DNA of 64,000 nt, taken from NCBI GenBank assembly GCA_003252295.1, contig QKEV01000003.1:64701-128700 (forward strand). The letters run 5' to 3'. Below, piece by piece: positions 1-8,977 of the stretch (position 1 is the stretch's first letter; every line of letters begins with the position of its first letter). The stretch comes from a bacterium. GTDB taxonomy: Bacteria; Patescibacteriota; Minisyncoccia; Phycocordibacterales; UBA12088. Position numbers and translations under genes: made by a program. The notes below the pieces were generated by a model. The model was not told the DNA's origin and ran no database searches. It saw only the letters and a list, made by a program, of their open reading frames with translations.

Positions 1-320
1 ATAAAGCGATGCAGGCACGAGCAATGATACGTCGTGATGTTGCAGAGGCGTACAAGCAGGTAGATGCGATAGCTACACCAACAACCACCTCTCCAGCGTT
101 CAAGATCGGTGAAAAAGTGAATGATCCGCTTGCACTCTATCTTGAGGATATATTCACCGTATCAGCAAACATAATTGGAACACCAGCCATATCGGTACCA
201 TTTGGTACAGCAACACGTGATGGAAAAGAATTACCGCTCGGCTTTCAACTCATGGCGCCAGAGCTTGGTGAGGCGACACTCTTTGCACTTGGTAACGTGC
301 TTACAAGCAGTACAAACTAG
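1..320 (+). CDS. gatA: Asp/Glu-tRNA amidotransferase subunit A, C-terminal part (truncated at window edge)
   Basis: Amidase C-terminus typical of GatA: TPTTTSPAFKIGEK..DPLALYLEDIFTVSANIIGTPAISVP...LPLGFQLMA. Confidence 0.92.
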   Translation, partial: KAMQARAMIRRDVAEAYKQVDAIATPTTTSPAFKIGEKVNDPLALYLEDIFTVSANIIGTPAISVPFGTATRDGKELPLGFQLMAPELGEATLFALGNVLTSSTN

Positions 321-346
321 GTAGTAATTAGTGGTACACTACAGGT

Positions 347-1672
347 ATGTCAGAAAGTTCGACAAGTAACACCGTGTTTGAGGACATGATGCTTGTTCTC
401 TTTGGAATATTCCTTGTCGGGCAGATGTTTCAACGTGGCCCTGAGATACTACAGGAACGGTTCGGTATCTCTTTTGATGGGGAGAATCAGTACCTTGTTG
501 CAGGAGTGGCACTGAGTGCTGATACACCTCTTGGCACTGCGGTGAATGCACCGAATGGTGCGGTATTCTATAGTTCACCTGGAGAGGGAGATCCATCGGG
601 TACTTTTGCACCAGGAACATCGCTTACTATAGTTGGGGGTCCAGAGACAGTAAATGGAGAACGTTGGTGGCAGGTTGAAGATACGGCAACTGGAGAACAG
701 GGATGGGTTCGTGAGTCGAGTCTTGTTCGTGAAGGGGTTGGAGGTATTGGTCCAGCTACGAAAGTGGGAGCAAAAGCAAAAATACTTCTAGATACTACAG
801 CGTGGACAGAAGCGGGGGGTGCGGTAAAAGCAGCGTTACTGAAAAAAGGTGATGTAGGTGAACTAACTATAGGACCGAAAAAAAAGAACGAGACTCGTTG
901 GTGGTTCTTTGATAAAGATGGTTCTAGTGGTGATGGGTGGGTACCAGAGGCAGTACTTGTGCTTGCGAGTGATACGGGATGGGAGGAAGGTAGTAAGGTG
1001 CGTGGCAATGAAACGGTGAACTTGTTTGCACAAGCAGGAGGAGATGAGGTTACCGGTTTGTTGAGTAAAGGAGAAAAGGCGACGGTGCTTGGTGGACCTG
1101 TTGAAGTTGGAGGAGGGTTATGGTGGCTCATAAAGACACAAGAGGGTGAACAAGGTTGGGTAGAGGAGAGCGCACTTGAAGATGCAGGCATAACATCAAT
1201 TTTTAAAAAGATAGTCGTAGGTATTATGATTATTGGTGGTTTAGCGACACTCATATTGCTTGGAGGTATCGTGTATGTTGCCATTCGTACAAATCAAATA
1301 CGAGCACGAGAAGCTCAGAGGATACGATCTGCAATACCTGAAAAGATGGAAGAAGTAAAAAATGAGCGTTGGGCGAACATAGAGCGACAGGTGGCGTCAG
1401 AGAATCCAAATGATTGGCGACAAGGTATTTTGGAGGCCGATATTATGCTTGATGAGGTGGTGACAAGGATGGGCTACTATGGAGACACGCTTGGAGAAAA
1501 GTTAAAGCAGGTTGCACGGGGTGACATAGAGTACCTTGATGCACTCTGGGAAGCACATAAGGTTCGTAATCAGATAGCACATGAGGGGAGTGATTTTATA
1601 CTTACACAAAGAGAGGCTAAGCGAGTGGTTGGGTTGTACGGTACAGCTTTCAAGGAGCTCAGGGTTATTTAA
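347..1672 (+). CDS. Membrane protein with about 4 bacterial SH3-like repeats and a C-terminal helical domain
   Basis: Repeated GGP-x-x-x-x-G-x-x-WW-x(6-9)-GWV motifs; N-terminal and internal TM segments; TACACT about 6 nt before the ATG. Confidence 0.75.
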   Translation: MSESSTSNTVFEDMMLVLFGIFLVGQMFQRGPEILQERFGISFDGENQYLVAGVALSADTPLGTAVNAPNGAVFYSSPGEGDPSGTFAPGTSLTIVGGPETVNGERWWQVEDTATGEQGWVRESSLVREGVGGIGPATKVGAKAKILLDTTAWTEAGGAVKAALLKKGDVGELTIGPKKKNETRWWFFDKDGSSGDGWVPEAVLVLASDTGWEEGSKVRGNETVNLFAQAGGDEVTGLLSKGEKATVLGGPVEVGGGLWWLIKTQEGEQGWVEESALEDAGITSIFKKIVVGIMIIGGLATLILLGGIVYVAIRTNQIRAREAQRIRSAIPEKMEEVKNERWANIERQVASENPNDWRQGILEADIMLDEVVTRMGYYGDTLGEKLKQVARGDIEYLDALWEAHKVRNQIAHEGSDFILTQREAKRVVGLYGTAFKELRVI

Positions 1673-1700
1673 CCTCGCCTTAGCGGGGTGAAGTTTGAGT

Positions 1701-1977
1701 AAACAGAAAAGCAACCACTACTGGTTGCTTTTCTCTAGTTGTTGCGGTGAGGAGCAATGCTCCGCAAGATCTTGCCAGATATTTCTTGAAGGATGAAAAG
1801 AAATATCGACAAGGTGTACAGGTCTCGTAGAGACCCAGAATGTGACCAAATTTTCTTGAGTGAAGCGATTAGAAAATTGAAATGCCCTTGTGGTAAAATT
1901 CTGGCCCACACATACTGTGATTTATGCCACAAACAGAAAAGCAACCACTACTGGTTGCTTTTCTCTAGTTGTTGCGG
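1701..1977. repeat. tRNA-fMet-linked module: exact 47-bp direct repeat (1701-1747, 1931-1977) enclosing a hairpin-rich spacer and an inverted tRNA 3'-end copy (1897-1915)
   Basis: aaacagaaaagcaaccactactggttgcttttctctagttgttgcgg occurs twice, 230 bp apart; aattctggcccacacatac is an inverted copy of the tRNA T-arm/acceptor 3' strand. Confidence 0.9.
1935..1964 (-). terminator. Hairpin terminator downstream of tRNA-fMet (second copy at 1705-1734)
   Basis: agaaaagcaacc-actact-ggttgcttttct inverted repeat. Confidence 0.7.
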
Positions 1978-2042
1978 GGGCCAGAATTGCACTGGCGCCT
2001 GAAGGTTATGAGCCTTCCGAGGTACTACTCCTCCACCCCGCA
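1972..2042 (-). tRNA. tRNA-Met(CAT), probably the initiator fMet
   Basis: Cloverleaf TGCGGGG/CCCCGCA; D-stem GAGG/CCTC with A11-U24; anticodon arm GAAGG-CTCATAA-CCTTC; T-arm GCCAG-TGCAATT-CTGGC; CCA not encoded. Confidence 0.88.
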
Positions 2043-2136
2043 ATGGGTTACGTAGACTAACCTAACATATCTACACGATGCCTGCAAATGTATATAACTC
2101 GTAATACCTGTCTGTAATGAACGTCTGGTACAATAT

Positions 2137-3366
2137 ATGTCTATGAATATACGTATTACCTTGATGCAAAAAACTACACGCAGTGTTATGTCTGTAGTAC
2201 TTATTACGCTACTCTTTGCACCACTAACAACAGTACAAGCTGCTCTCTTGCTTGGGAAAAGTGATAGGGAAAAAGTTGAAGAACATAAGGCGAGTGCTGA
2301 TGTGGAGGGTGAATGGCTCCTCGCTTACTATGTGGGATACCACTATGAGTACCTTAAACCAAAAGATATTGACTATACCCTAATGACACACATTGTTGTT
2401 GGTGGTATTGGTGTAAACAGTGATGGGACACTTGATGAACATTGGCATATGACTGATAGTGATGAGGGAAGGGAAATGGCACTTGATGTAGGAAGGTATG
2501 CTGACAGGGAGGGTGTGAAGAAACTCATTTGGCTAGGAGGTCCAAACGAAGAAGATAAATTCTACAGTGCGACGTCAGATGAATACAGAGAGAATTTTGT
2601 TGAAAACATCATCAAACTCTTGGATGAACTTGATTACGATGGTGTTGATATTGACTGGGAGCCGATACGTACGAAAGACGAGTTGGGAATATTGAAACTT
2701 GTACGTGACTTGCGAGAAAAAGATCCAGATATGCTCATTACTGTTCCTGTGAACTGGGTACCAAGTAGTATTCTCTACACCAAGGATTTGAGTATTTATG
2801 ACGACTTAGCACGATACGTTGATAAGATGTTCATCATGAGTTACTCAATGGCTGGTCCATGGTCAGGGTGGAAGAGTTGGTACGGTGCGGCACTTACGGG
2901 AGATACGGTAGCTACCCCAAGTTCAATTAAAACCTCAGTATATGCGTACGAGCGTGCTGGTGTACCGAGCGATCAACTTGGCGTAGGTATTGGGACATAT
3001 GCAACTTGTTGGGAATATCCAGTTAAAAATCCAAAACAGACACTTCTAAGTACTTACTATTCAAGCAGACTACATGCCATGAGTATGCGCACACTCATGA
3101 GTGACTATTATAGTAGTAAAAATGAACGATGGGACTCTCTTGCAAAGGTTCCTTACCTCACCTTCAAGAGTGGACAAGGAGACTTTAGTTGTGGGTTTGT
3201 CTCCTATGAAAACAAAGAGTCTGTACAAGAGAAAGTCGAGTATGTGCTTCGTAAAAAATTGGGAGGGGTGATGGTGTGGAATATTGGTACTGGATACTAC
3301 CCTGAAAACAGTAAATCAAAACGCAACGAGCTTTTGAAGGAAATATGGGAGACACTTACTGATTAG
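2137..3366 (+). CDS. Secreted glycoside hydrolase family 18 (chitinase-like)
   Basis: Catalytic DGVDIDWE (DxxDxDxE), IMSY, KKLGGVMVW; N-terminal signal peptide. Confidence 0.9.
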   Translation: MSMNIRITLMQKTTRSVMSVVLITLLFAPLTTVQAALLLGKSDREKVEEHKASADVEGEWLLAYYVGYHYEYLKPKDIDYTLMTHIVVGGIGVNSDGTLDEHWHMTDSDEGREMALDVGRYADREGVKKLIWLGGPNEEDKFYSATSDEYRENFVENIIKLLDELDYDGVDIDWEPIRTKDELGILKLVRDLREKDPDMLITVPVNWVPSSILYTKDLSIYDDLARYVDKMFIMSYSMAGPWSGWKSWYGAALTGDTVATPSSIKTSVYAYERAGVPSDQLGVGIGTYATCWEYPVKNPKQTLLSTYYSSRLHAMSMRTLMSDYYSSKNERWDSLAKVPYLTFKSGQGDFSCGFVSYENKESVQEKVEYVLRKKLGGVMVWNIGTGYYPENSKSKRNELLKEIWETLTD

Positions 3367-3460
3367 TTGTTAACAGAGTAAACAGGTAGAGGTGACCGTA
3401 TGTGAGTATGCTCTGTTAGAATACTAGTACGTTTTGTTCTTTATACACTAGCTATTTTTT

Positions 3461-3637
3461 ATGAAAACAAAAAATAAACTGATTCTTTTTATTATCATAA
3501 TGCTTGCAGGTATCTACTCCTCTGCAATACTATTGGGTGCACTAAAACTCACTCCTGACTCTGGAGTCATAGGTGTTGTTGGTGTGGGGTACCTCATGTT
3601 TCAGGCGTCTTACCTCCTTTTCAAGAAGTGGTCTTAG
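3461..3637 (+). CDS. Small two-TM membrane protein (58 aa; not in ORF track)
   Basis: Own translation MKTKNKLILFIIIMLAGIYSSAILLGALKLTPDSGVIGVVGVGYLMFQASYLLFKKWS; TACACT upstream, hairpin downstream. Confidence 0.6.
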   Translation: MKTKNKLILFIIIMLAGIYSSAILLGALKLTPDSGVIGVVGVGYLMFQASYLLFKKWS

Positions 3638-3663
3638 ATGAAAGTATTCAGTCTTGCTAAAGT

Positions 3664-3694
3664 AAGAACATCCGTCATCGCGGATGTTCTTTTT
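3664..3694. terminator. Hairpin terminator between the small ORF and tRNA-CAT
   Basis: aagaacatccg-tcatcg-cggatgttctt followed by T run. Confidence 0.65.
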
Positions 3695-3695
3695 G

Positions 3696-3769
3696 TGCCG
3701 GGGGAGAGAATTGAACTCTCGACCTTAGCTTTATGAGTGCTACGCTCTAACCAACTGAGCTACCCCGGC
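3696..3769 (-). tRNA. tRNA with CAT anticodon (elongator Met or Ile2)
   Basis: GCCGGGG/CCCCGGC acceptor; GCTC-AGTTGGTTA-GAGC; loop CTCATAA with A31.A39 mismatch; GAGAG-TTCAATT-CTCTC. Confidence 0.9.
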
Positions 3770-3863
3770 ATTTGTAAGGGAGAGAGTAGCATGATTGTTA
3801 CAACTGTTCAACGTGATATTTATGGTAACTGACATATTTACTAAGAGTGATATACTACTATGT

Positions 3864-4049
3864 ATGGCACGAAGAAAGCTCGAAGAACGCAATATGCGAA
3901 CACTTTTTAAACTCGCTGGAGGAAAGAGTTTCGCGGTTACGATTCCTATCGATGTGGTCCGTAGCTGGGGTTGGCAAAACAATCAAAAGCTTAGACTCAA
4001 CATTGATGAGCAACACAAAAGGGTCATAGTAGAAGAATGGAAAGACTAA
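3864..4049 (+). CDS. AbrB/MazE/SpoVT-family DNA-binding protein
   Basis: RTLFKLAGGKSFAVTIPIDVVRSWGW pattern; start reassigned to ATG 3864 after TATACT. Confidence 0.75.
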   Translation: MARRKLEERNMRTLFKLAGGKSFAVTIPIDVVRSWGWQNNQKLRLNIDEQHKRVIVEEWKD

Positions 4050-4187
4050 CGTGATCGCAATAAAAAACCTATACCATGTACAAATGGGTGTGTATAAGTG
4101 CGTGTTAACTAATGAGTTAACACCTTGTTTTTTTGTTGAGAATCCTGTACTCTATGTTCACTCTGAAGTTTTTCAGAGGTTGCGTAT

Positions 4188-4261
4188 GCGGTCGTAGCTC
4201 AACTGGTTAGAGCACCCGCCTGTCACGCGGGAGGTTGAGGGTTCAAGTCCCTTCGACCGCG
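4188..4261 (+). tRNA. tRNA-Asp(GTC)
   Basis: GCGGTCG/CGACCGC acceptor; CCCGC-CTGTCAC-GCGGG; GAGGG-TTCAAGT-CCCTT; G73. Confidence 0.96.
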
Positions 4262-4269
4262 CAAATGAG

Positions 4270-4297
4270 ACAAAACGAGGTGAATGCCTCGTTTTGT
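4270..4297 (+). terminator. Terminator after tRNA-Asp
   Basis: acaaaacgagg-tgaatg-cctcgttttgt. Confidence 0.7.
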
Positions 4298-4372
4298 TGT
4301 ATGTAGAGCCATTGTTCCAGTTCAAGTCTGAATTCTCGCATGTGAGTAGTTTGAACTGGTATACTAAAAAGT

Positions 4373-4714
4373 ATGGAGGATGAAAAATATTTAAAGTCGT
4401 CAGGTTTGTGGAGTTTTTCTACACTTTTCTTAGTCATAGTTTCAATGTTGTCCTTTATACCTGTTGTAGTGATAGTGTCCGACGCAGAAGGTATATCACA
4501 AAAACTGTTCCAGTACTCCGTGGTAATAGGGATTTGTGCAAGTGTGGTAATGTCTTTTGTCGAACTATATATGGAGGGAAAGTATAGAAAAAATGGAAAG
4601 TCGTCAGAAGTCCGTCTCTGGCGTAACATTGCTCTCTTCCATTGGTTGATTTTTGCTACTTTGTTATATGCTGTCTTTCATTTTGGTCCAGAAATATCCA
4701 AAGGATATATTTAA
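4373..4714 (+). CDS. Three-TM hypothetical membrane protein (cargo of the tRNA-Asp module)
   Basis: 113-aa ORF with three hydrophobic helices; TATACT 7 nt upstream of ATG. Confidence 0.7.
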   Translation: MEDEKYLKSSGLWSFSTLFLVIVSMLSFIPVVVIVSDAEGISQKLFQYSVVIGICASVVMSFVELYMEGKYRKNGKSSEVRLWRNIALFHWLIFATLLYAVFHFGPEISKGYI

Positions 4715-4775
4715 ATTCTTAATGATGAAGAAAGCCGAGTTCGTTGTTTGATTTCCTCACCTTCGTTCCAATAGC

Positions 4776-5027
4776 GTCCCACAGCTCGCGCAAAATATCA
4801 AAACCGAAGCGAAAGCTTCGGTTTTGTGTAATTTTGCAGCGGTCGAAGAGACTTGAAAGCCGGAACAGCGGGTCCCCGCTCGTAGCGAAGCGGAGGGAAG
4901 GGGCTGCGAGGCGGGGTCGAGAGTGCTTAGGATTTGACGAGCATAGCGAGGAATAATCCTTAGCAACTCGTGACCAAGTCCCTTTGCAGATTAAAAGAAA
5001 TCCACCCAACTCACGGTGGGTTTCTTT
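4776..5027. repeat. tRNA-Asp-linked module: degenerate direct 3'-end copy, hairpin, inverted 3'-end copy, structured spacer, partial direct copy, terminator
   Basis: 4839-4857 is the reverse complement of tRNA 4242-4260 (18/19); caagtccctt at 4975-4984; gtcccacagctcgcgcaaa at 4776-4794; hairpins at about 4799-4826 and 4994-5027. Confidence 0.85.
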
Positions 5028-5049
5028 GTTTTGTGGGTATACTGGATGT

Positions 5050-5592
5050 ATGAAAAAAAGCACACAAGGTACATTAGTGTTTTTTACTGGACTTATTCTG
5101 TATGGTGCGTACCTTGGCTTGCAACCTTCAAAGACCGTTATACTCAAAGGAATTGAGGGAGATGTTGCAAAGAAAGCTTACAAGTTGCATGTTCGTTCAA
5201 AAGGGCAAGTTAGAACAGGGGGTGATGTGGTAACAAAGACAGATCCACCATATGAGTTTACGTTACGTATTATGCCGGAAGACACCACTACTATGTTTGT
5301 TGAGCTGCAAGACGTACTCATTTATGGTTGTGGTGAGTACACACGCCTTCTTACATACGATGAACCTCTCATTTATACGGTAGATTACTTTGACTACAAG
5401 AAGCCAATGGCGTACTACTCTCTCAGAGGAAAGATGCAATGTCATGAAAATGCCATCATGGATATTTCATTTATATTACGCGATGCGGGAAAGAATGAGT
5501 TGAGTTCACACAATGAACGTGTCCTTCTTGAAGCGTATGAATATGTACCAAGTACGTTTCGATATTGGTGGGAAATGGCAAAAAGCTGGTGA
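5050..5592 (+). CDS. Hypothetical membrane-anchored protein
   Basis: Start reassigned to ATG 5050 (TATACT 6 nt upstream); N-terminal TM helix. Confidence 0.7.
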   Translation: MKKSTQGTLVFFTGLILYGAYLGLQPSKTVILKGIEGDVAKKAYKLHVRSKGQVRTGGDVVTKTDPPYEFTLRIMPEDTTTMFVELQDVLIYGCGEYTRLLTYDEPLIYTVDYFDYKKPMAYYSLRGKMQCHENAIMDISFILRDAGKNELSSHNERVLLEAYEYVPSTFRYWWEMAKSW

Positions 5593-5639
5593 GTTCCCCA
5601 GTTTAATTTCTGTCAAACTTGTGTGTCTATCGATGGGAA

Positions 5640-7037
5640 TTACACCCTCTCTCCTTTATAGTACTTTCCAACATGCTTTCTCCACGTTTCTGGTGTGACA
5701 AATTCAACTAATGTATCTTTATCATTGAAAACAGGTTCAACAGGGAAGGAAGATCCTGTGTAGTCTTGTCCGTACGTAGTAGCTTTTAACTGTTCTGAAG
5801 TTTCCTGTACAATGCCATCCTCACTGCCGGCATCACATGCGGTGACCACAATTTGAGGATTTGGCTCAAAGTAGCTCTTCATACGTTGAAGACCTGGCCC
5901 CCTCAGGTCTTCAGTTGATACGGTTGTCCATGAGTTTTTCTTAGTAAAAAATTTCTTTAGTAATTTTAATCCCGTGTCGTATTTTTCAGGACCAAATTGG
6001 ACACTGTTTTTTGTTCCATGTCCCGAAAACATGGCAAATGATATTTTATTATGATCCCCGTAGTGTCTGTCACATTCAGTGAGTCTGCGTCCAATTCCAA
6101 AAGCCCTGTCAATTTCAAACATGCGGAGTAGGTACCTGCCATCAAGATTTTTGTAGAGCTTTTTTGTGTCTGCCCATGTGCTTGAAGTGAGGGCACCACT
6201 GTGGTCATCTAGTGCAGAGAATACAACACCGTATGGTTTTTCAGTGTTATCAAAATTATCATACTGGTCAATCAACACTGTCTCTGGATATCGACAAAAA
6301 TCTCGTATACCAAACTCTTTCTGCAACATTTCGACAGAACCTGGACGAAGATGCTCCATAGTGCGCATGGTTTCAATATTTTTCATCATATTCCATACCA
6401 GTGACGCTTCATGACCTTCACCATATGCGTTCATCTTCCACTTACTGAGCGTGTCTTCGAAATCAAGACCAGATCTTTCAACGATCAGTTGCAACAATTC
6501 ATTTGCCTTCTCGGTTTTCTCGTTGACTTCATAATTTTCCCTGTCTTCGATTGATGAGAGTATTGCAGAACCTAAAATACTTTCATCTGAAACATTAGGG
6601 ATACGAAGCAGACTTGTTTTTGTTGGAACCTTGTCTGGAGTGACCAAGTTTTGTTCTGCTAGAGTTTTATAGAAAATACCCATAGTTTTTTCGTACAGTG
6701 GGGAGAAGGTACGAAGCGAAGGAGGTATTTCCAACTGTGCTTCGTCTGTGTAGGTTGCATGTGTGAAGACGTTGTACAGTAGTTGCTCAGCACGTTTTCG
6801 AACCGGATCATCCTTATCTTCAGTGTTGGCAATACTAAAAAGTTTTTCAGTATGTTGTGCAAGCTCATTAGAAGCATGTTCAAGCTTTTCTTCATCTGCC
6901 TCTTCGGCAGTACTAAGGATGTCTGAAATAGAGCACTGGAGTTCAGTGATCAAGGTGAGTTTCTCTGAATCACTTTCATGCACGGGTTCAGTGCTTACAA
7001 ATGATTCATTACTTGTTACTGACTCTAATGGATCCAT
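5640..7037 (-). CDS. Hypothetical protein (465 aa)
   Basis: Long ORF; C-terminal SGHG...TACDAG could be a His/Cys protease-like dyad, unverified. Confidence 0.75.
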   Translation of the reverse strand: MDPLESVTSNESFVSTEPVHESDSEKLTLITELQCSISDILSTAEEADEEKLEHASNELAQHTEKLFSIANTEDKDDPVRKRAEQLLYNVFTHATYTDEAQLEIPPSLRTFSPLYEKTMGIFYKTLAEQNLVTPDKVPTKTSLLRIPNVSDESILGSAILSSIEDRENYEVNEKTEKANELLQLIVERSGLDFEDTLSKWKMNAYGEGHEASLVWNMMKNIETMRTMEHLRPGSVEMLQKEFGIRDFCRYPETVLIDQYDNFDNTEKPYGVVFSALDDHSGALTSSTWADTKKLYKNLDGRYLLRMFEIDRAFGIGRRLTECDRHYGDHNKISFAMFSGHGTKNSVQFGPEKYDTGLKLLKKFFTKKNSWTTVSTEDLRGPGLQRMKSYFEPNPQIVVTACDAGSEDGIVQETSEQLKATTYGQDYTGSSFPVEPVFNDKDTLVEFVTPETWRKHVGKYYKGERV

Positions 7038-7174
7038 GCATGTATTTTATCACGTGCGTACACGTTTTATATGTCAAAAAATGAGTGCTTCACAGGAAAA
7101 CCAAATATATACGCTAGACAACATTGTATTTGCGATAGGGGAAGGAAGAGTATAGTATTCCTGTAATTATATAT

Positions 7175-7732
7175 ATGCAGAAAATATCTAAGAAAGAAAG
7201 AATACTTCATGAAGCACTGAAACTGTTCGCGACCCAGGGTGTGGGAAGTACGTCGACCGCAGAGATAACAAAGAGCGCTGGTGTTGCTGAAGGAACGTTG
7301 TTTGTACACTTCAAGAATAAGCAGGCGCTTGTTGATGAGGTGTATCTGTACATTAAAAAACGAGAAGGTGAAGTGTTTGAAAAAGCTGTGACAGACGCAG
7401 CGACGGCGGAGGAGTTTGTTCGTACATTAGGTAAAACAGTAGTAAAACACTTTATTAAGAATTTCAACGAGCTCATTTTTTTGCAAAATGTTACCTTGCT
7501 AAAGTTAGTATCAAAGAGTGCACAAAAGGAAACAAATAAACATTTTGACATACTTCAGGAAAAGATGATGAGTTGGCAAAAGAAAGGGGATGTTAAACAG
7601 ATGGAGCCAGAAGTACTGCGTCGGTTAGTGTGGGCAATGTTCATTTCTCTCATACACTACTGTAAGACAAAAAGGATCGCTGTTACCAGTGAGCTGATAG
7701 ATCCGGTCTGGGATGCGGTTAGGGTTCGGTAG
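7175..7732 (+). CDS. TetR/AcrR-family transcriptional regulator
   Basis: ILHEALKLFATQG..STSTAEITKSAGVAEGTLFVHFKNKQAL HTH. Confidence 0.93.
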   Translation: MQKISKKERILHEALKLFATQGVGSTSTAEITKSAGVAEGTLFVHFKNKQALVDEVYLYIKKREGEVFEKAVTDAATAEEFVRTLGKTVVKHFIKNFNELIFLQNVTLLKLVSKSAQKETNKHFDILQEKMMSWQKKGDVKQMEPEVLRRLVWAMFISLIHYCKTKRIAVTSELIDPVWDAVRVR

Positions 7733-7834
7733 TACATAGCGATACCCATAACTGTCTGTATAAAATAGCTGATGAAAAATTGTAATCCACACCAGTAAGC
7801 GGTATGGCTACTCTTTGGTGAGTATACTAGTAGT

Positions 7835-8617
7835 ATGGATGAATCAATAACACAGGAACCACAGCCGGTGGTGGTAAAGAAAAAAACCTGGAAAGACAAG
7901 ATTGCTAAGACTACAAAATTATCAAAAGCGCTGACACTCGTGCTTTTTGTGATACTACCTATTTTTGGTTTTTGGTTGGGTTCTGTATTTACTTCAGTTC
8001 ATCTTGAGTATGTGCATAGCTGTGAATCTTGTGAAATGGAACTTATTGGTTGCAGTCTTCAAAACCAGCAAGAGAAAATGAAGGTACGTGAGACGATGAG
8101 TCATCCGTTGAGTTTCATTGGCGTGAGTGAGGATACCAAAACTTGGATACCGGTTATTTCAGATGATGCCTCAGGAGCAAATATGCAGGTGGTAAGTGCA
8201 AATGGTGTTCGATCAGTAGCGCTTGAAGGGGAACTGTGGCGTTCAACAATATACTATAACTGTGGTGATGAGTTACCAATCAATCCATTTGAGATCTATA
8301 AGACAATGTTTCTTGCACATGGGTGGGGTACAGATGTTGTGACAGGCAATAACCTGAGTGTGCGAGCGATCTTTGCAGATGGGCCACTGGGGAGTGCTGA
8401 AGGTTATGTGAAGGTGAGTGGTGACACAGTTCAAGCAGTGAAGTTGGGCTATAACAAGGAGTATTTTAATACCTGCGAATATAAACCAGATGATCCAAAC
8501 AGTACCTGCCCGTTGTATGAAAAGATGTGTCCACTGAACATAGAATTTGAAATTTTTGTGAGTGATGTGTATCCGCTAGAGAAGGTGTACGATAAGGTGG
8601 GAGTTATAGAACAGTAA
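7835..8617 (+). CDS. Hypothetical membrane-anchored exported protein
   Basis: TKLSKALTLVLFVILPIFGFWLG anchor; several Cys; TATACT upstream. Confidence 0.75.
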   Translation: MDESITQEPQPVVVKKKTWKDKIAKTTKLSKALTLVLFVILPIFGFWLGSVFTSVHLEYVHSCESCEMELIGCSLQNQQEKMKVRETMSHPLSFIGVSEDTKTWIPVISDDASGANMQVVSANGVRSVALEGELWRSTIYYNCGDELPINPFEIYKTMFLAHGWGTDVVTGNNLSVRAIFADGPLGSAEGYVKVSGDTVQAVKLGYNKEYFNTCEYKPDDPNSTCPLYEKMCPLNIEFEIFVSDVYPLEKVYDKVGVIEQ

Positions 8618-8640
8618 TTCCTTTTCGGTTTATATAACAT

Positions 8641-8898
8641 ATGACCTCGTTTCGTAAAAGCGTACTCCGTGTGGTACGTGGTATTCCAGAGGGCGATACA
8701 CGTACGTACAAGGAGGTTGCCATAGCAGCAGGGAACCCGAAGGCAGCTCGGGCAGTTGGTGCTATTCTCAAAACAAACTATGATCCAACTATTCCATGCC
8801 ATCGTGTTGTAAAAAGTGATGGTACGCTCGGTGGGTATAATAGGGGGGTGGGTACAAAAAGGAAGCTTTTAGACGAGGAATCACGTTTAAAACAATGA
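8641..8898 (+). CDS. Methylated-DNA-protein-cysteine methyltransferase (MGMT/Ogt), C-terminal domain only
   Basis: IPEGDTRTYKEVA, ARAVG, active site IPCHRVV. Confidence 0.92.
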   Translation: MTSFRKSVLRVVRGIPEGDTRTYKEVAIAAGNPKAARAVGAILKTNYDPTIPCHRVVKSDGTLGGYNRGVGTKRKLLDEESRLKQ

Positions 8899-8977
8899 AG
8901 TTAGTAACGGGGTTGTGCAACTTTGCATATTCTTACTATAATAGATACATTACAAATGTAATGTATATACAATTACT

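Noticed and set aside
1718-2002. Short ORFs 1718-1909, 1735-1944, 1793-2002
   Set aside because: They overlap the tRNA, duplicated terminator and hairpin spacer and have no protein motifs.
4833-4857. Inverted tRNA ends as retroelement primer-binding sites
   Set aside because: The complement extends into genomic flank rather than CCA and no reverse transcriptase is present in the window; disfavoured, not excluded.
4719-5049. ORFs 4719-5147, 4744-4956, 4757-4966 and the 4984 start extension
   Set aside because: They run through the GC-rich palindromic module; the real downstream gene starts at 5050.
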